Source: an uncultured delta proteobacterium
GTDB taxonomy: Bacteria > Desulfobacterota > Binatia > Binatales > Binataceae
Reading direction: 5' to 3'
NCBI GenBank assembly: GCA_963761255.1
Contig: CAVXGH010000001.1
Coordinates: forward strand, 345,675 to 409,674
Length of the DNA stretch: 64,000 nucleotides
Shown here one piece after another: positions 19,715 through 29,491 of the stretch. The translations under genes and the position numbers were made by a program. The notes under the pieces are model-generated. The model did no database searches and was not told the origin of the DNA. It saw nothing but the letters and a program-made list of their open reading frames with translations. The first letter of the stretch is position 1. Each line of letters begins with the position of its first letter.

Positions 19715-21577
19715 ATGAAAATACCTGCTTCACGGATCTTCGCTGGACGCGCCGGCCTGTTCGGCATCTTCATCGCCATCGCGCTGACCGCCTCGACTTC
19801 GCGCGCAGCCGACACTCCCGATGCGTCATCGCCGGCGCGCGGGCGCATCGTCATCCTGATGGTATGGGATGGGCTGCGGCCTGACTTCGTCACGAGGCGC
19901 GACACGCCGAATCTGTATGACCTCGGGCGCGAGGGCACCCGCTTCGACCGCCATCATTCGATGTATCCGACGCTGACTATGGTGAATGCGGCGGCGCTCG
20001 CGACCGGCGCCGCGCCGGGTGTGAATGGCATCGTCGGTAATGTGCTGTATCTCGCGCCGCTGCTCGGCGACAAAGCCTCCGTCAACCCGAAGCTCGCCAA
20101 GCCGGTAATGCTCGAAAGCACGCCGCTGCTGGCCGACCTCGATAGCGACGGCGAGTTTGCCGGGCATCTGCTTGGCCTTGATTCGGTGGCACAGCAACTT
20201 GAACGCGAGGGCGGCTACGTCGCGATTGCGGGCAAGGGAGGGCCCGCATTTCTCTTTGATGATCGAGTGGAAACCATCAAGGACGGCCGCGATTCGCTCG
20301 GCAATCCGCACAAGGACTACCTTTTCGCGACCGATGATCTCACCGAGCCCCCGCAAGCCGCGGTCGAGAAGGCTCCCGCCGGAAGCCATGAGGGCGTGGC
20401 CGATTCCGCACGCGATGTGTACTTCACCCACATCGTTACCGAGGACGCCATCCCCGCGGCGAAGCGCGCCTCCGATGCGGGGCGTCCCTCGCTCATCGTG
20501 CTATGGCAGCACAACCCCGACCTGACGCAGCATATCGCCGGTCTGGGCACGCTGCCGGCGCTGGAGGCACTGAGCGGCGCCGACATCAACCTCGGCAGGG
20601 TGCGCGCGGCGCTCGACAGCAACGGTATCGCGGACCGCACCGACGTCATCGTGGTATCGGATCATGGCTTCGCGACGGTGCGGATGACCATCGATCTGAA
20701 TGCGCTGCTGGTTGGCGCGGGCCTCAAGAAGGACCTCGACAGCGACGACGTGGTGGTCGCGCGCAACGGCGGCAGCGACCTCATTTATCTATCGAAGACT
20801 GCGTTCCCGACCGAGAGTGCGCGCCACGATGAGCTTCAGAAGATCGTCAATTTCGCCGAGGCCCAGGAATGGTGCGGGCCGATTTTTTCGCGCCAGACCG
20901 CGCCGATGCCGGTCGAAGGGAAGCATCGCCGGCGGCCGCCGCCCGAGGCATCCTTCATGGGATGGATCGATGGCACCTTCGCGCAGGAGGCTATCGGCAT
21001 CTTCAATCCGTCGCGCTCGCCCGACCTGACGCTTTCGTTTCGTGAAATCTCCGAGCAGGACAACCGGCAACTCACCGGCCCGGACGCGCCCGCATTCGCG
21101 ATCGCGGCCAAAGGGCAAACCTCGGTGAAAAACAATTCGAAGACCCTGGTGCATCCTGTGCGCGGCATCATGTATGCCGATGCGGGCGCTTCCTTCACCA
21201 CTGGAATGGGGATGCATGGCGCGGCCGGCGCCGCTGAGATCCACAACGTGTGCGCGGCCATCGGACCCGACTTCAAGCGGGGCTTCGTCGATGCGAATCC
21301 GACCGCCAACATCGATGTCGCCCCGACGATTACTCACATCCTGCAGATGGCGCCGAATGTCGGCCCCGGCGGCGCGCATGCGACCGGACGCATCCTGACC
21401 GAGGCGTTTCCGGGTGAGCGGCAATGGGTCGGGACCGCGAAATCCCTCGCGCCGAGCACTAAGCTGACGCTGCAAGGGGTCGAGGTGACTAATACCCTGC
21501 GCATCACGCGGTTGGGCGAGCATGACTACCTCGACAATGCGACCGAGGCGCGCAATCCGCTGGGCAGCAGCCCCTAA
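19715..21577 (+). CDS. Secreted alkaline-phosphatase-superfamily enzyme (type I phosphodiesterase / nucleotide pyrophosphatase-like)
   Basis: Signal peptide; metal-binding core IVILMVWDGLRPDF...MYPTLTMVN...VIVVSDHGF typical of the NPP/AP superfamily. Confidence 0.75.
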   Translation: MKIPASRIFAGRAGLFGIFIAIALTASTSRAADTPDASSPARGRIVILMVWDGLRPDFVTRRDTPNLYDLGREGTRFDRHHSMYPTLTMVNAAALATGAAPGVNGIVGNVLYLAPLLGDKASVNPKLAKPVMLESTPLLADLDSDGEFAGHLLGLDSVAQQLEREGGYVAIAGKGGPAFLFDDRVETIKDGRDSLGNPHKDYLFATDDLTEPPQAAVEKAPAGSHEGVADSARDVYFTHIVTEDAIPAAKRASDAGRPSLIVLWQHNPDLTQHIAGLGTLPALEALSGADINLGRVRAALDSNGIADRTDVIVVSDHGFATVRMTIDLNALLVGAGLKKDLDSDDVVVARNGGSDLIYLSKTAFPTESARHDELQKIVNFAEAQEWCGPIFSRQTAPMPVEGKHRRRPPPEASFMGWIDGTFAQEAIGIFNPSRSPDLTLSFREISEQDNRQLTGPDAPAFAIAAKGQTSVKNNSKTLVHPVRGIMYADAGASFTTGMGMHGAAGAAEIHNVCAAIGPDFKRGFVDANPTANIDVAPTITHILQMAPNVGPGGAHATGRILTEAFPGERQWVGTAKSLAPSTKLTLQGVEVTNTLRITRLGEHDYLDNATEARNPLGSSP

Positions 21578-21674
21578 CGACCCATAGTTTACCAAATGTG
21601 CTATAGTTAAGGACGGTCGCCGCTCCGCTCAGGGGCGGCGGCGCCGTTTATGGGAACAACGATTTTTCAACATC

Positions 21675-22080
21675 GAAAAATGCGAAAACAAACCCACTTC
21701 TCGGCAACGCCGAGAAGTGGCCCTGAGGCCGCCGAAGGGCCTCCGCGAAGCGATTTGAGGATTCGGCAACGCCGAGAAGTGGCCCTGAGGCCGCCGAAGG
21801 GCCTCGAAGGGCAAGATGTCGAGCATCAGAAGCGCAAAAACAAAGCCACTTCGGGATTGCCGCCGACTGCGGAAATCGCAAAAACAAACCCACCGCGAGC
21901 ATCGCGAGCGGTGGTCCTGAGCGCTTCGCGAAGGACCTCGAAGGGCAGGATGCCGAGTGTCAGAAGCGCAAAAACAAAGCCACTTCGGGATTGCCACCGA
22001 CTGCGGAAATCGCAAAAACAAACCCACTTCGCGGTTCAGGAGAACAAACATCGAAAACCCGTGCCAGTATTGGGTTTTCT
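21675..22080. repeat. Non-coding block of degenerate tandem and interspersed repeats with embedded palindromic hairpin modules
   Basis: Five copies of gcaaaaacaaa[g/c]ccac; a 41-bp module occurring twice (CTCGGCaacGCCGAG and GGCCCT-N11-AGGGCC palindromes); a ~66-bp module occurring twice ~135 bp apart; terminal hairpin AAAACCC-N11-GGGTTTT plus TTTTCT at ~22054-22080; ORFs are open in all frames, which fits repeat DNA rather than coding sequence. Confidence 0.7.
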
Positions 22081-22212
22081 GAATCTCTTGGCTCATGGCG
22101 CTATGGCAAACTTCGGCCTGTGACCCAGCTATCGGGCGGACTATCGCTTGGCGCGCAGCGAGGTTCGATGCTAGTACCTTAGGCTTGGAGACGAGGCCAG
22201 GAGGCCATCATC

Positions 22213-23004
22213 ATGAGTGCCAAAGGATGGGTCAAAACCCCGGAACAGATTCGCAAGATCCAGGAACGCCTCAACCAGCCCGCGTTCCTGCAGGGCAAGA
22301 TGATGAGCGTCAGCTTCCTGACCCGGCCCGAAATCGTGCGCGAGGTCCTGCCGCCTCCGCTCGAGCCGGGCAGCCAGCCGCTGGTCACCGTGAGCGTATG
22401 CACCTTCGGCTCCTCGAACTGCGTCGGTGAGTTCGCGGGAGGGGTGGTTGATATGTCGGCGAAGTACAACGGCATCGAGGCCAACCACTGCCTCGCGATG
22501 CCGATGTCGACTGACGTGGCGATCATCTTCGGCCGCGAGCTCTTCGGCGAGCCCAAAAAGCAGGGCCGCGTGCAGCTCAAGAGCGATGGCGATGTGGTGC
22601 GCGGCACCGTCGAGCGTTTCGGAATTCCATACATCCAGCTCGAAGGACGCTTCACTGAAAATGTTCCGATCACCGGGCCGACCTTCAGCGATCGCTTCCA
22701 CTTCAAGTTTATGCACGCCGCCGACGGCAACGGGCTCGAGTTCGATCCCATCATCGTACACGCGCACTTCCGCAACGAGTTCAAAACCATCAAGCGCGGG
22801 GCCGGCAAGGTGACCCTCAAGGCGACCCCGCACGATCCATTGCCGGAGATCGAAATGGTCGAGCTGATGGGGGCGACCTATAGCGAGGGCGACATCTTCG
22901 CGGAAGCGAAGGCGATTGGAACGGTGGCGGCGGCTAAGTTTTTACCCTATTCGTTCCAGAACATCGACGATTACAGCGGGGAGATTCCGCGAAACAATTT
23001 GTAG
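22213..23004 (+). CDS. Acetoacetate decarboxylase (ADC)-family protein
   Basis: AIIFGRELFGEPKKQG aligns with the ADC active-site region AIAVGRELSAYPKKLG (catalytic Lys); similar length; RBS aggagg. Confidence 0.65.
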   Translation: MSAKGWVKTPEQIRKIQERLNQPAFLQGKMMSVSFLTRPEIVREVLPPPLEPGSQPLVTVSVCTFGSSNCVGEFAGGVVDMSAKYNGIEANHCLAMPMSTDVAIIFGRELFGEPKKQGRVQLKSDGDVVRGTVERFGIPYIQLEGRFTENVPITGPTFSDRFHFKFMHAADGNGLEFDPIIVHAHFRNEFKTIKRGAGKVTLKATPHDPLPEIEMVELMGATYSEGDIFAEAKAIGTVAAAKFLPYSFQNIDDYSGEIPRNNL

Positions 23005-23177
23005 GAACCGGGCTCGTCATCCACACCGGAGGTGTCACAATTTCACACACATTCGGGAGGGTTAGGCGCGCCGTGATTTTGCCGCTCTCGCCTGATCCAT
23101 AGCAGTGGAGGGTGTTTCCGCACGCTGCCCGACGCAGCCGTTTGCTGTAAACGCTTTCCTTTTGCGCCTGTTTTTGC

Positions 23178-25382
23178 GTGTCTCCGAGTCCCGCGGAAGG
23201 GCTCATAAGCTCCGGTCGGTTTGGCTGTTCGTGGGCGCGGAAATTGCTGCCTACCTCCGCGAATATGAAACATCGGGGGCAGCCCGCGCGATCGCAACCG
23301 TCCCGGCATCCGCCGCGGGTAGCCGACATTGGCACGTTTGCCGTCTCGACTGCCGCACCTCAACTCGCGCTGGCTTCGCCTCACTACAACCTCGGGAATA
23401 AGCTTCTCGCGAAGGGCAAACTCGCCGAAGCCGAAAGAGCATACCGGCAGGCGGTCGCACTCGCTCCGTCCGATGCGCAAGCGTGGTCGAACCTCGGCCT
23501 CACGGTTTGGAAGCTCGATCGCCTCGCCGAGGCCGAAGCGTGTCTGAAGCGCGCCCTCGCCTTGAAGCCCAACCTGGCCGAGGCCCGCAACAATCTTGGC
23601 GGGGTGCTGGAAGCGCTCGGGCGATTTGAGGATGCGGGCGATCAGTACCGCATCGCCATTGATAGCGATCCCAAACAAGCGCAGCCCCACTGCAACCTGG
23701 GCGCGATTCTGCATCGGCTCGGCAAATTCGAAGAAGCCAAGGTCGAGTACGCGCGCGCGTTGACCCTTAAGCCGGACTTCGCGGAGGCATGGTCAAATCT
23801 CGGCGCGGCGTTCCTCGCGCGCTCAAAATTCACCGATGCCGAGGCCTGTCTGTCGCGCGCCAGGGAATTCGCTCCCAACCATCGCCAGGTGCTCAGCAAT
23901 CTCGCGGACGTCCAGCGCATCGAGGGCAAGTTCGCCGAGGCAATCGAGACCTATCATCGCGCCTTGAAAGTTGATCGGGAGAACGTTCCCCAGAAGGTGA
24001 AGCTCGCGCTCGCGCAGGAAGTAATCCTCACCTCGCGCGAGAGCGCGATGAAGCGTCGCGCCGAAGTGATGGCGTCGCTCAGCGAGCTGATCGATCGGCG
24101 CCTCAAGCTCGATGACCCGCAAAGCGAAGTGGGGATGACGAATTTCTACTTCGCTTACCAGGACGTCAATGACATCGAGTTGCAGTCGTTGACCGCGAAG
24201 TTTTATTTGAGCGCGTGTCCGAAGCTCGGGTGGATTGCTCCACATTGTGCGGCGCCTTCTGCATCATCAAGCGGCCGTCTGCGGGTAGGTTTCGTTTCGA
24301 CCAGTCTGTTTCAGCACACGATAGGCAAGTTCTACCACGGCATCATCCAGAAGCTCTCGCGCGAGCGGTTCGAAGTCGTGGTGATTCGGCCGCCGCAGGA
24401 CGCCGATGAGATTGGCGATGCGATCGGGCGCGACGCCGATCGGAATGTCGAGATCCCCTACGATTTGTATCGCGCGCGCGAGATCATCGCCGCCGAGCGC
24501 CCCGACGTTCTTTTCTATCCCGATATCGGGATGACCCCGCTCACCTATTTCCTCGCGTTCGCGCGGCTCGCGCCGGTCCAATGCGTAAGCTGGGGGCATC
24601 CGGTGACGACCGGGGTTCCGGCCATCGACTATTTCATTTCGGCCACCAGCATCGAGCCTGCCGACGCGCAAACACATTATTCGGAGCGGTTGATTCTGCT
24701 TGACCGGCTGCCGAGCTACTACTGGCGGCCACATCACCATGCCAATGCTTTCACGCGCGCCGAGATGGGATTCGCCGCCGACGCGAAGCTCTACGTATGT
24801 CCCCAGAGTCTGTTCAAGCTGCATCCCGATTTCGACCTCGTGCTCGCCACACTATTGCGACGGGATCCGAAGGCGCGGCTGCTGTTGCTGTCGGGTGTTC
24901 ATAAGCATTGGGATCGCTTGCTCGCCGCACGTATCGCCAAAACTTTCCCGGATATCGTCGAACGCGTCATCTTCGTGCCGCGCATCCCGCAAACGGAATT
25001 CTTCCGCCTCCTGATGATGGCTGACGTGATCCTTGATCCGCCGTTTTTCGGCGGCGGCAATACCAGCTACGAAGCCTTCGCGATGGGTCTGCCGATCGTG
25101 ACCTGGCCGGGAGCGTTCATGCGCGGACGCGTGACCGAAGGCTGCTACCGGCAGATGGGCTTCACCGAACTGGTGGCCGACAGCCTCGATTCATACGTCG
25201 AGATCGCGCTGCGCCTCGCTAATGACAATGAGTGGCGCGAGCGCGTGAAGCGCGAAATCGCAACTCGCTCGGCGGTGCTTTACGAGGACGCACGCGTGAT
25301 TACCGAGCTGGAAGACTTTTTCCGCGCCGCCCTCGACGCGCATCGACGGGGAGGCCGCATCACGCAATGGAGACCATTATGA
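23178..25382 (+). CDS. TPR-repeat protein fused to a GT41 (O-GlcNAc transferase / SPINDLY-like) glycosyltransferase domain; an alternative ATG start is at 23265
   Basis: At least 7 TPR units (AWSNLG... repeats) followed by the OGT C-terminal catalytic region (GFVSTSLFQHTIGKFY...LYVCPQSLFKLHPDFD...FGGGNTSYEAFAMGLPIVTWPG). Confidence 0.8.
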   Translation: MSPSPAEGLISSGRFGCSWARKLLPTSANMKHRGQPARSQPSRHPPRVADIGTFAVSTAAPQLALASPHYNLGNKLLAKGKLAEAERAYRQAVALAPSDAQAWSNLGLTVWKLDRLAEAEACLKRALALKPNLAEARNNLGGVLEALGRFEDAGDQYRIAIDSDPKQAQPHCNLGAILHRLGKFEEAKVEYARALTLKPDFAEAWSNLGAAFLARSKFTDAEACLSRAREFAPNHRQVLSNLADVQRIEGKFAEAIETYHRALKVDRENVPQKVKLALAQEVILTSRESAMKRRAEVMASLSELIDRRLKLDDPQSEVGMTNFYFAYQDVNDIELQSLTAKFYLSACPKLGWIAPHCAAPSASSSGRLRVGFVSTSLFQHTIGKFYHGIIQKLSRERFEVVVIRPPQDADEIGDAIGRDADRNVEIPYDLYRAREIIAAERPDVLFYPDIGMTPLTYFLAFARLAPVQCVSWGHPVTTGVPAIDYFISATSIEPADAQTHYSERLILLDRLPSYYWRPHHHANAFTRAEMGFAADAKLYVCPQSLFKLHPDFDLVLATLLRRDPKARLLLLSGVHKHWDRLLAARIAKTFPDIVERVIFVPRIPQTEFFRLLMMADVILDPPFFGGGNTSYEAFAMGLPIVTWPGAFMRGRVTEGCYRQMGFTELVADSLDSYVEIALRLANDNEWRERVKREIATRSAVLYEDARVITELEDFFRAALDAHRRGGRITQWRPL

Positions 25383-26698
25383 ATGAGCGCATATCGCGCC
25401 ACGATATTTGTCAGTCGTTGTGTCCGGCCTGCGGATTTCAAATCGCCGCGCCATTTTTCCATGGCGGAGCGCAGCCACTGGCGACTCTCGCCTGGCCCGC
25501 GAGCGAGGAGGCCGCGCGTTCGATGCCGCGACTGCCGGTGGACTTCGTGCGCTGCGTGGAATGTGGGCACGTCTACAATCCCGCCTTCGACTACGCGCAA
25601 GTTCCATACAGCGACAAGCCGAACCTGATGTTCAATCGCGGCGCGTTGTGGTCGGAATTTCTCAAAGACACGATGCGGCAGATGCTGCATCAGCTACCCG
25701 AACATCCGGTGATCGTCGAGATTGGTCATGGCGACGGCAGCCTGCTCGGGGCGCTTGCCGAAGCGCGGCCCGGGGGCCATTTCGTCGGATTCGATCCGCA
25801 TGGCGCGACGCAAGGCGAAGGCGACCTCGAGCTGCGTGCCGCGCTGTTCGATCCCGAAGAACATCTCGCGGAACTTGCGCCCGATCTGGTGGTAAGCCGC
25901 CACGTCCTCGAGCATCTGAACAGCCCGCTCGCGTTTCTACAACGAATCGCATTCGCCGCCGCGCGCCTCGGTCGCGAACAGCTCGCATACTTCGAGGTTC
26001 CCTGCGTCGATCGCGCGCTGGCCACCGGGCGAACCGTCGATTTTTACTACGAGCACAATTCCCAATTCAGCAGCCAGTCTTTTCGTAAGATGCTCTCGCG
26101 ATGTGGCGCCACCATCAATTGCGTCGGTCATGGCTACGGCGGCGAAGTCATCTACGGGTACGTGACTCTCGGTGGTCAGCAGCGGCGCTTGAAGATTGCC
26201 GATGAGGCGCGCGAATTCCTTGATGCCGCGGCGGCAGGTTTGGAGCGCATCCCCGCCCAGCTCGACGAGCTGGCGAAGTCGGGCGCGCGCATCGCGCTTT
26301 GGGGCGGCACCGGCAAATCCGCGGCCTTCATCAATCGCTACGGACTCGACCGGTTGCGATTCCCGATTGTGGTGGATTCAGATTTTGCCAAGGTGGGAAC
26401 CTTCGTTCCGGGCACCGGCCAGGAAATTCGCTCCCGCGACTGGCTCAAGGAAAATCCAGGTGCGGTGGTTATCATTCCGCCGCAATGGCGCGCCCTCGAC
26501 ATCGTGCTCGAAATGGAACGCGCGGGCATCTCATTCAAACAGGTGTTGATCGAGCACGAAGGCGCGCTGATCGACTATTTCACTGATGCGCATCCTTACG
26601 ACCTCGGCAAATATCGGAGCCTTGCCCCCAATCCGATGCGCGATTCAAAGCGCCCTTACCCGCACGGCGATACCTCGAAGAACGCTCACCTGATGTAG
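25379..26698 (+). CDS. Class I SAM-dependent methyltransferase with N-terminal zinc-ribbon and C-methyltransferase-type C-terminal domain (TylCIII-like architecture)
   Basis: CPACG...CVECGH zinc ribbon; SAM motif VIVEIGHGDGSLL; C-terminal domain; start ATG overlaps the upstream stop (ATGA), so translational coupling is likely. Confidence 0.7.
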   Translation: MNERISRHDICQSLCPACGFQIAAPFFHGGAQPLATLAWPASEEAARSMPRLPVDFVRCVECGHVYNPAFDYAQVPYSDKPNLMFNRGALWSEFLKDTMRQMLHQLPEHPVIVEIGHGDGSLLGALAEARPGGHFVGFDPHGATQGEGDLELRAALFDPEEHLAELAPDLVVSRHVLEHLNSPLAFLQRIAFAAARLGREQLAYFEVPCVDRALATGRTVDFYYEHNSQFSSQSFRKMLSRCGATINCVGHGYGGEVIYGYVTLGGQQRRLKIADEAREFLDAAAAGLERIPAQLDELAKSGARIALWGGTGKSAAFINRYGLDRLRFPIVVDSDFAKVGTFVPGTGQEIRSRDWLKENPGAVVIIPPQWRALDIVLEMERAGISFKQVLIEHEGALIDYFTDAHPYDLGKYRSLAPNPMRDSKRPYPHGDTSKNAHLM

Positions 26699-26709
26699 CA
26701 GGTGCCAGC

Positions 26710-28488
26710 TCAAACCGCGGCGCGAAGCCCGCGCGAATGCCGGTGGCTGCCGTTTTGGAAGCTGCGCAGGATGTCGGTTTTGGTCACGATACCTGCCAGG
26801 CGGCCGTTATCGTCGATGACCAGCAACATCTGGTCGCCGTCCTCGCGCGTCAGCAAGCGCAAGGCCTCGGAGAGTTCGGAATCGGCGGCCACGCGGGTGG
26901 TGTCGCGGCTTGCGAGATCGCCGACCTTCGCCGTGCTCCACTCTGCGGGCTCTGTTTTCGGCAGCACCCCGGTTGCGATGGTGCCGATGACTTGGTCGGC
27001 ATCGTAAACCGGGAACATCGTGTGGCGATGGTGCGCGGCGATACCGGCGCGAAAATCTCTTATCGAGGTGTCAGCCTGCACGCTCACCACCTGGGTTTGC
27101 ATCACCTCGCGAACCTTGACCCCGCTCAACTCCGCGATTTTCACCATCTCGTGCAGGTGCTGATCGCCGGAGACCGAGGCCTCGCCTGAAACCGCATAAG
27201 CGACTGCGGCGCCAATCAGGCTCGGAATCAGGTACGAATGACCGCCGGTGGTCTCGGCGACGAACACCACCGCGGTGAGCGGAGTCTTGTAGCCTCCCGA
27301 GATGAAGGCCGCCATCCCGACCGCCGCATACAAGTCCACCGCATTGGTGTGTACCACCGTCTGCCCGAATGCGTTCCCGATACATCCGCCGGCCAGCAGC
27401 AATGGAACAAACATCGCGCTCACGCCGCCGGTGCCGAGCGAGCAAATGGTTGCGGCGAGTTTGAGCGCGGCGAAAACCAGCAGCATATGCGACGGATGCG
27501 AGTGCGCGAGGATCTCGCGTACCGCTTCGTAATTGGGTCCGATCGGAATCAGCGAGTTATCGTAGAGGTTGACGAACAGCAATCCGCATAGCGCGGTGCC
27601 GAGCCCGCCGATGATGAGCTTCGCAACGTGCGGGAGGTGGAGGGTTACAAAAAAGCGTCTGACTCTACGAAAGGTAATGTCAAAGACGATCGCGAGGAGC
27701 CCGATGATCGCGCCGAGCAGCGCCGACCACAGCAGGTCACTTTCACGGAAGCTGATGCTGCCGGCAAAGCCGAACAGCGGCTCCGAACCGGCGAATGCTA
27801 CCAGCGTTGCATAGGAAACCACCGATGCGATGAGCGACGGCAGCAGCGCCTCATGCGCGAGGTCGTCTTTGTAGGGCATCTCGAGTGCGAATACGAGTCC
27901 GGTCAGCGGGGCGCGAAACACCGCCGCCATTCCGGCCGCCGCTCCGCTAATCAGCATGATGCGGCGATCGCGCGGCTCCAGTCCGAATCGGCGCAGCCGG
28001 GTCCATAGCCAGGAGCCGATCGCGCCGCCGCCATAGATGCTTGGCCCTTCGAGGGCGGCGCTGCCGCCGGATCCGACCGTGGTCACCGCGGCGAGAATTT
28101 TCCACCAAAACGAGCGCAGGTCGATGTCACCTTGATGCTCATGGTAGGAACGAATTATCTCTTCGGTGGAATGCTCATCGGGATCCGGCGCGCGGAATTG
28201 CATGATCAGGCCGGTGAGCGTGAAACCGATCAGCAATCCGATCAGGATGGCCCAATGATGTAACAAGTAGTAGGGTAGGACGCGGACCCAAATCGTATCG
28301 AGGATCAGGGTTGCGATCCCGGTTATGAACAAACCGGTGATGACGCCGATGATCGGCGCGACCAGCAGCCACTTCTGGATATCGCGCGAATAGGTCGCGG
28401 TCAGGTCTTCATTTATAAGCGCGGTGTAACGCCGGATGGACGGATGGTTGAGCAGTTCGGACTGGAACAGGCGATCCAGGAAAGCCAA
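26710..28488 (-). CDS. ClC family chloride channel / H+-Cl- antiporter with C-terminal CBS pair
   Basis: Multi-TM protein with ClC selectivity motifs (GSGGSAALEGP, GxFxP-like) and two CBS domains at the C-terminus. Confidence 0.85.
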   Translation of the reverse strand: MAFLDRLFQSELLNHPSIRRYTALINEDLTATYSRDIQKWLLVAPIIGVITGLFITGIATLILDTIWVRVLPYYLLHHWAILIGLLIGFTLTGLIMQFRAPDPDEHSTEEIIRSYHEHQGDIDLRSFWWKILAAVTTVGSGGSAALEGPSIYGGGAIGSWLWTRLRRFGLEPRDRRIMLISGAAAGMAAVFRAPLTGLVFALEMPYKDDLAHEALLPSLIASVVSYATLVAFAGSEPLFGFAGSISFRESDLLWSALLGAIIGLLAIVFDITFRRVRRFFVTLHLPHVAKLIIGGLGTALCGLLFVNLYDNSLIPIGPNYEAVREILAHSHPSHMLLVFAALKLAATICSLGTGGVSAMFVPLLLAGGCIGNAFGQTVVHTNAVDLYAAVGMAAFISGGYKTPLTAVVFVAETTGGHSYLIPSLIGAAVAYAVSGEASVSGDQHLHEMVKIAELSGVKVREVMQTQVVSVQADTSIRDFRAGIAAHHRHTMFPVYDADQVIGTIATGVLPKTEPAEWSTAKVGDLASRDTTRVAADSELSEALRLLTREDGDQMLLVIDDNGRLAGIVTKTDILRSFQNGSHRHSRGLRAAV

Positions 28489-28888
28489 TAGCGATTCTCC
28501 CTTCGCTCACTTGCTGTTCTCTTTCGCCACGGTCGTTGAAACAACCCCGTCCATGGGGTGTTTCATAACGGCACATGGAGGCCGGCGAATTGTCGCGCCA
28601 ACGCTACGCATCATGCAGCCGGCATCCCGGGCGATTCGCGAAGCCTGAAGGATAGATCAACGGAAACCAGAATAAAATGCATCCAATAGCAACGTTACGG
28701 AGCAGTTACCGTAATCCGCGAAAGTATCGGGGACAGGTGTCGTAGTATAACCGATGGTCTGCTGTTAGAACTGGCTCAATGGCACGGCAATTGGATCGTT
28801 TTCACCTACCGAAGCGTGCAGAATTTTTGAGGGCCGAGGGCGAATCCTTTTCATCCATTTTTCGTCTATTACTGAGCACGACATTCTG

Positions 28889-29368
28889 ATGAAAGAAGAA
28901 ATCCAGCGTAGCAGGAAGCTCGACGTTCCCGGCGATCCTATCGGAATTCGTATTCTCCTCGTCGAGGATAACGCCGATCATGCCTTCGTGGCGCTGACGG
29001 TCGCGCGCCAGGTGCTGGGCGAATGCATCGAGCTGATCCACGCGCAGAACGCCAACGAGGCGGTCGATCTCATCGGCCACTTCACCGCGGAAGATCGCCC
29101 GGATCTTTTTATGGTTGATCTGCGCCTGCCCGACAATGGCGGTTTCTCGGTGATCTCCGCGGTGAAAGGCAGCACCGCCTGCGAGAACGTGCCACTCTTC
29201 GTCATCACCACTTCCGGTTATGATCGCGACATTGCCGAATGCTACGAACTTGGCGCATCCGCGGTGCTGTGCAAGCCGCTTTCGCGCGCCACCTTCCGCG
29301 ACGAGATCGCGCGAGTCGGATTGATTCCAGGATCGGCGGCCAAACCGGCCTACCTCATCCGCCAGTAA
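28889..29368 (+). CDS. Stand-alone response regulator receiver (CheY-like) protein
   Basis: IRILLVEDNADHAF...MVDLRLPDNGGFSV...LFVITTSG; no output domain. Confidence 0.8.
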   Translation: MKEEIQRSRKLDVPGDPIGIRILLVEDNADHAFVALTVARQVLGECIELIHAQNANEAVDLIGHFTAEDRPDLFMVDLRLPDNGGFSVISAVKGSTACENVPLFVITTSGYDRDIAECYELGASAVLCKPLSRATFRDEIARVGLIPGSAAKPAYLIRQ

Positions 29369-29382
29369 AATCGCATTAGTAG

Positions 29383-29427
29383 GATGCCGAGGATCGTGCG
29401 CTCACGCGCCGCCTCGGCGCCTTTGTT
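29383..29427 (+). terminator. Terminator-like hairpin (GCCGAGG-N19-CCTCGGC then GCCTTTGTTTT)
   Basis: 7-bp GC stem plus T-rich tail just after the receiver gene stop. Confidence 0.45.
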
Positions 29428-29491
29428 TTCATCCGGGTTGCGCCTCCCGGCTTCCCTCTTCACTTCACCGCTTCCGCCAGCGTAGGATTCT

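Noticed and set aside
21675-22050. Possible CRISPR array
   Set aside because: Repeat copies are degenerate with irregular spacing (about 45-150 bp), there are no unique spacer-like segments of uniform size, and no cas genes are in the window.
21629-22123. Overlapping ORFs in several frames and both strands (155, 84 and 157 aa) within the repeat block
   Set aside because: Their peptides contain the same repeated segments in different frames, they are Arg/Pro-rich with no domain resemblance, and the region is demonstrably repetitive DNA.
25408-26088. 226-aa Arg-rich ORF overlapping the methyltransferase in another frame
   Set aside because: It is a frame artefact of GC-rich DNA; the methyltransferase frame carries the conserved motifs.
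28489-28700. Fluoride (crcB) riboswitch upstream of the ClC channel gene
   Set aside because: I translated the minus-strand leader mentally. The conserved GGnGAUG…CUGAUG…CUCC elements are absent, and the channel is a long CBS-containing ClC rather than a short ClC-F.
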